Below, piece by piece: positions 59,750 to 64,000 of a stretch of DNA of 64,000 bases. The position numbers and the translations under genes are program-made. How positions within the stretch are numbered: the first letter of the stretch is position 1; every line of letters starts with the position of its first letter. Below the pieces are notes generated by a model. It had not been told where the DNA came from. It ran no database searches and saw only the letters and a list, made by a program, of their open reading frames with translations. The stretch is from NCBI RefSeq assembly GCF_009914755.1, contig NC_060929.1; one strand, written 5' to 3'. Source of the stretch: the human T2T-CHM13v2.0 reference genome, Homo sapiens.

Positions 59750-60868
59750 TCATACATAAAGAGTAGGTTTTTCTTCTAAGTTCCTGCACTCTTCCTCCCC
59801 AAGAATTGAAGACCTGTTCGTGAATAGCAGTGTAGTACCTGAGAACATCTTTCAAAGAAATGTTGCTGTCTTTCTACCCTTAAAATCTAAATATGATCCA
59901 CTTCCGATTACCAGTATTATGCTCCACCTATTTTTAGGATATTTGTGACTTCATCTTCTATTTATGTGCCATCCTCCACCCCATTTATAATTAAGATTGC
60001 CTTATTCAAGGGCACCATATTGAGAGTGCCATATGCTGCCTGCATCATTGAACATATTTGCCAGAAAGTCTTATTCCTTCCCACACCCTGCCCTGATTTT
60101 GAAGGTCTACATTAGTTAATACGTCTTGTGTGTCTTAACTAATTCTCATCACTGAGTCACCCCAAGACAGGACCTGTGATGGCACCATTGAGCACAAGGT
60201 GAAAAACACATAGTTTGCATATCATAACTACCAAGTATGTTTTTGTTCATCAGTTCCCAACTGAGGTATTGAGAAATTATTGATAATGAGGCTGTATTTT
60301 TTCAATATTTCAAAAAGTCTGGTATATTAGATATTACATATCATTTCATTATAAGGTTAATGGACACATCATTTTGTAATTATATCAACTAAGTGTGCTA
60401 TTATGTTGATCAAATTGTCACTCTGATTAATTAAACATAAAGTTATTTAATAAATATTGCTTAAATAAGAGTATGATGTCAGGTAGACAAACTCTTTCAA
60501 TGTACAAGGGAAATTATCAAAAAAGATCCTTCACAATTAAGTTATTAGGAACTCTTACTGTAGCTTGAGATCCTGGTAATTCACATTTATTGAGCATAGA
60601 TAGAAATCTACCTAACTATACCACTGTTATGTACATAATATCACACACATATTTTTCTATTCTGAGTCTCTGTTTTTTCTTTCTAAAATGCAAATTTCTA
60701 TTGAATTTTGATATGTAAGCCCTCTAATAAGCTTAAATATAGATAGATAATAAATACGTATTTCACTTCAACTATATGTACATTGCAAATAAAAATATTT
60801 AGTCTTTTTTACTATGTTATTATTTATCTATGCAATGGAAATTACTTTGATAATTGTTACCACTAACA

Positions 60869-61440
<572 letters not shown>

Positions 61441-61539
61441 TATTTAAAATAAATAAATGAAACATGGTGAATATGTTCCCTGTGAAATTGTTGTCAGTCT
61501 CATCCTCAGAATGTGTTCTGGAATGAGAGACTCCAGGGT

Positions 61540-61700
61540 GTTGGTCCGAGCCTGGTCATCATTAGCTGTGTGACACTGAGCTACAGACAAAATATCTCTG
61601 AAAGTCCATTCCTCATGCCCACAATGTGAACAAGAACACTCACTCTGCAGGTTCATTGAAAGGATCAGATGAGTTAATGCATAGAAAGCTATTAATATAG
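61540..61700 (+). mobile_element. MIR fragment
   Basis: tagctgtgtgac ... ttgaaaggatcagatgagttaatgcatagaaagc. Confidence 0.55.
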
Positions 61701-62540
61701 TTTATTACTTTATTATATTGTTAATGTTATTCTAGAAAAATTAGGTACTCACTTCTCATATGTTGTGATAATATCATTCCAGAGCTGACAATTTGGCATA
61801 TAAGCCAAAAAAAAAAAAAAAAAAAAAAAAACTTCAGACGATTCTGCCGGAAAAATCTCTATTTTTTTTTTTTTTTGTTTAAATTCTTCATGACCATATT
61901 GTCGTCAGTCCTAAATTTTTGCAACCACCCTCTGAAGTTTATATGACAGTTCACTTAAATCTAATTTCCCTGGAATTCAGCATAATTTGCACAGTTATTA
62001 CTTACCAAAATTTACAAATCTGGTCAACTTATAACTACTACTAAATTGTAATGCCCTTAAGAATAGATATCATTCCTAATCAGTTTTCTCCTAACCCACA
62101 ACAAATAATGTTTTGCTCATAGATAGTACTCTATACAGGTGATACCAAAAAATGCATGAATTTATGTTGAATCTGAATTATAGGTACCAATCTTGAAATT
62201 TGATTTTCTGTACATATAAGGATAATATTACTTCATGTGAAATTTTAAAAAGTTACAACATAAAATAGCTATATAGAAGATAACCTTAAAAATTAATTAT
62301 CTAACAACTTTATCACAACTCATAATGATACAATTATATGTAAACTTTTTTCAATATAGCATTTAGTAAGGGAATTCACTGTTTTTTTTTAACTTATTCC
62401 ACAATAAATGGGACCAATGCACTGCCATCTTGATAACTAATAGGACCAAGAAAAGCATTGTCTCTGGTATCACCTTTTTATTTTATAATCATATAAAATA
62501 TATTCTAAGGATTTAGTGAAGTTATGTTTAGTTATATTTA

Positions 62541-62704
62541 TTTATTTATTCACTTTCTTTTTCCTTTTGTTAATTTTGTTTTTCTTTTTTGAGACAGGTC
62601 TCAGTATGTTGCTCAGACTGGTCTTGAACTCCTGGCCTCAAGTGATCCTCCCACCTCAGCCTCTTGAGTAGCTGGGACTACAGTTGCAAGCCATCCTGTC
62701 TGGC
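62541..62704 (-). mobile_element. FLAM (free left Alu monomer)
   Basis: Single monomer with T-rich tail; TSD tagttat(a/c)ttta at 62529-62540 and 62705-62716. Confidence 0.85.
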
Positions 62705-64000
62705 TAGTTATCTTTAATTAATGACATTTGTTAAAGTAACACAAAAATCCTAGAAACATTTGCCTGTTGAAACTTTCTGATAATTTGAATGAAGTAAAGT
62801 TTGGAGTCTCTGTCTCATTGAAAATACTCAAGGTTAATATAATAAAAACAGCAAAGCAGTAATGCATAAAAGAATTATTAGAAGTCTAATAAAATTATTT
62901 GGACCTCCAACTATAGCAACACTGATTAATGACTGCTTTTTAATTAATTGGAAGTTGTTCAATCATCGTGCCATTTCATTTCACCTGAGAGTTTTTATAA
63001 AAGGGTCAGAGCCAAAACATATGCTAGTTCAATTTGCAATAAGGTATACTTAAGCAATTTCATTCTTCTTGGCAGGGCAAGTGTGGGCTATTCATTTCTC
63101 ATTTATTCACGGTGATGATATTCCCTGTTCAGCTGGCTAGTGTGATCAAGGAAGACAGTCTTAGGCATTAGAATATGAATAAAGTTTACTTTTAAGCTGT
63201 GCATTCAAACAAAATAAAAACCTATGATTACCTACTCTTCTTATAGAATCTTTAATTACCACTTGATAGTGTTTAGCCTCTTTATTTTTCATACAGATAT
63301 ACAGTCTTTGTCATACCCGATTTCCTTTATGGTTCTAATATCTTTACATTGGCCACTGAGTAGATAGTGGAATTAACCAGAAGTCCATTTTAGGAATATT
63401 AGTTTGGTATCACTCTTAGATTGTGCATATATTTTGTTAATTTGTCTAAGTCCCAGTTCTGCCTATGACCCAGTGAGGAGCAACATAACTTATTAGCCTC
63501 CATACCCTGTGGATTCCTGATTTTCATTTAGGTAAAAACTGTAGCCAGCAGCTGGTAGTGTGACAGAGCCCGCATATGCACCAATCATATTAATAACTAA
63601 CAAATTAGGATTCTAAGATCTAAACTTTCAGGGACTAATAACACTTGCTTCCACTATAAAGGTTCATACTTCCTTCCATTTTCTAAATTGTTGAAGCTCA
63701 AGGCTCTGAAAGGAGACACTAGACCTTATCGTTATGAGTGTCTTCAATCCCATAATTGCTTTGATAACCCAAGGAGCCATTGGAAAGAAAGAGACCTGCC
63801 ACAGCTACAGCAGAAGCAATCAATAAACTGTCTGAGACATCCATCTAGAGTTAAGGCACACAAGCCTATTATGCCTACATCAAGGAAACATGCACCTGTT
63901 TCATGTGTGTATGAATAGGAAGGTTTAGGTTAGATTAGATAGTTTTCTACTGAATAATCTTTTATTATGGACAACATGTTTATGATAAGTAGAAGTTATT

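Overview
Primate (human-like) genomic DNA, AT-rich and repeat-dense. The only supported protein-coding content is the 3' end of a type II classical cadherin on the minus strand, recognised as CDH12. It consists of four GT-AG exons (48441-48320, 44010-43893, 39177-38926, 35571-35072) that splice in frame into the end of EC4, EC5, the transmembrane helix and the catenin-binding tail. A ~0.9 kb 3' UTR with an AATAAA signal follows. Earlier exons lie beyond the right edge, and positions 1-34,000 are downstream intergenic DNA. The rest is Alu, L1, L2, MIR, LTR (THE1, MLT1, MER4-group, MLT2/HERVL) and DNA-transposon fossils plus simple repeats; nearly all other ORFs in the track are repeat-derived or chance. 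I found no convincing new biological system. The best leads are local structures: a near-perfect 68-bp palindrome, a 144/134/144-bp triplication, a mosaic Alu with an intact TSD, re-used insertion sites, a collapsed two-LTR HERVL, and an exon pair that could form a stop-free 240-nt circle. Repeat subfamilies were assigned by eye, and repeat boundaries are approximate unless a TSD is quoted.
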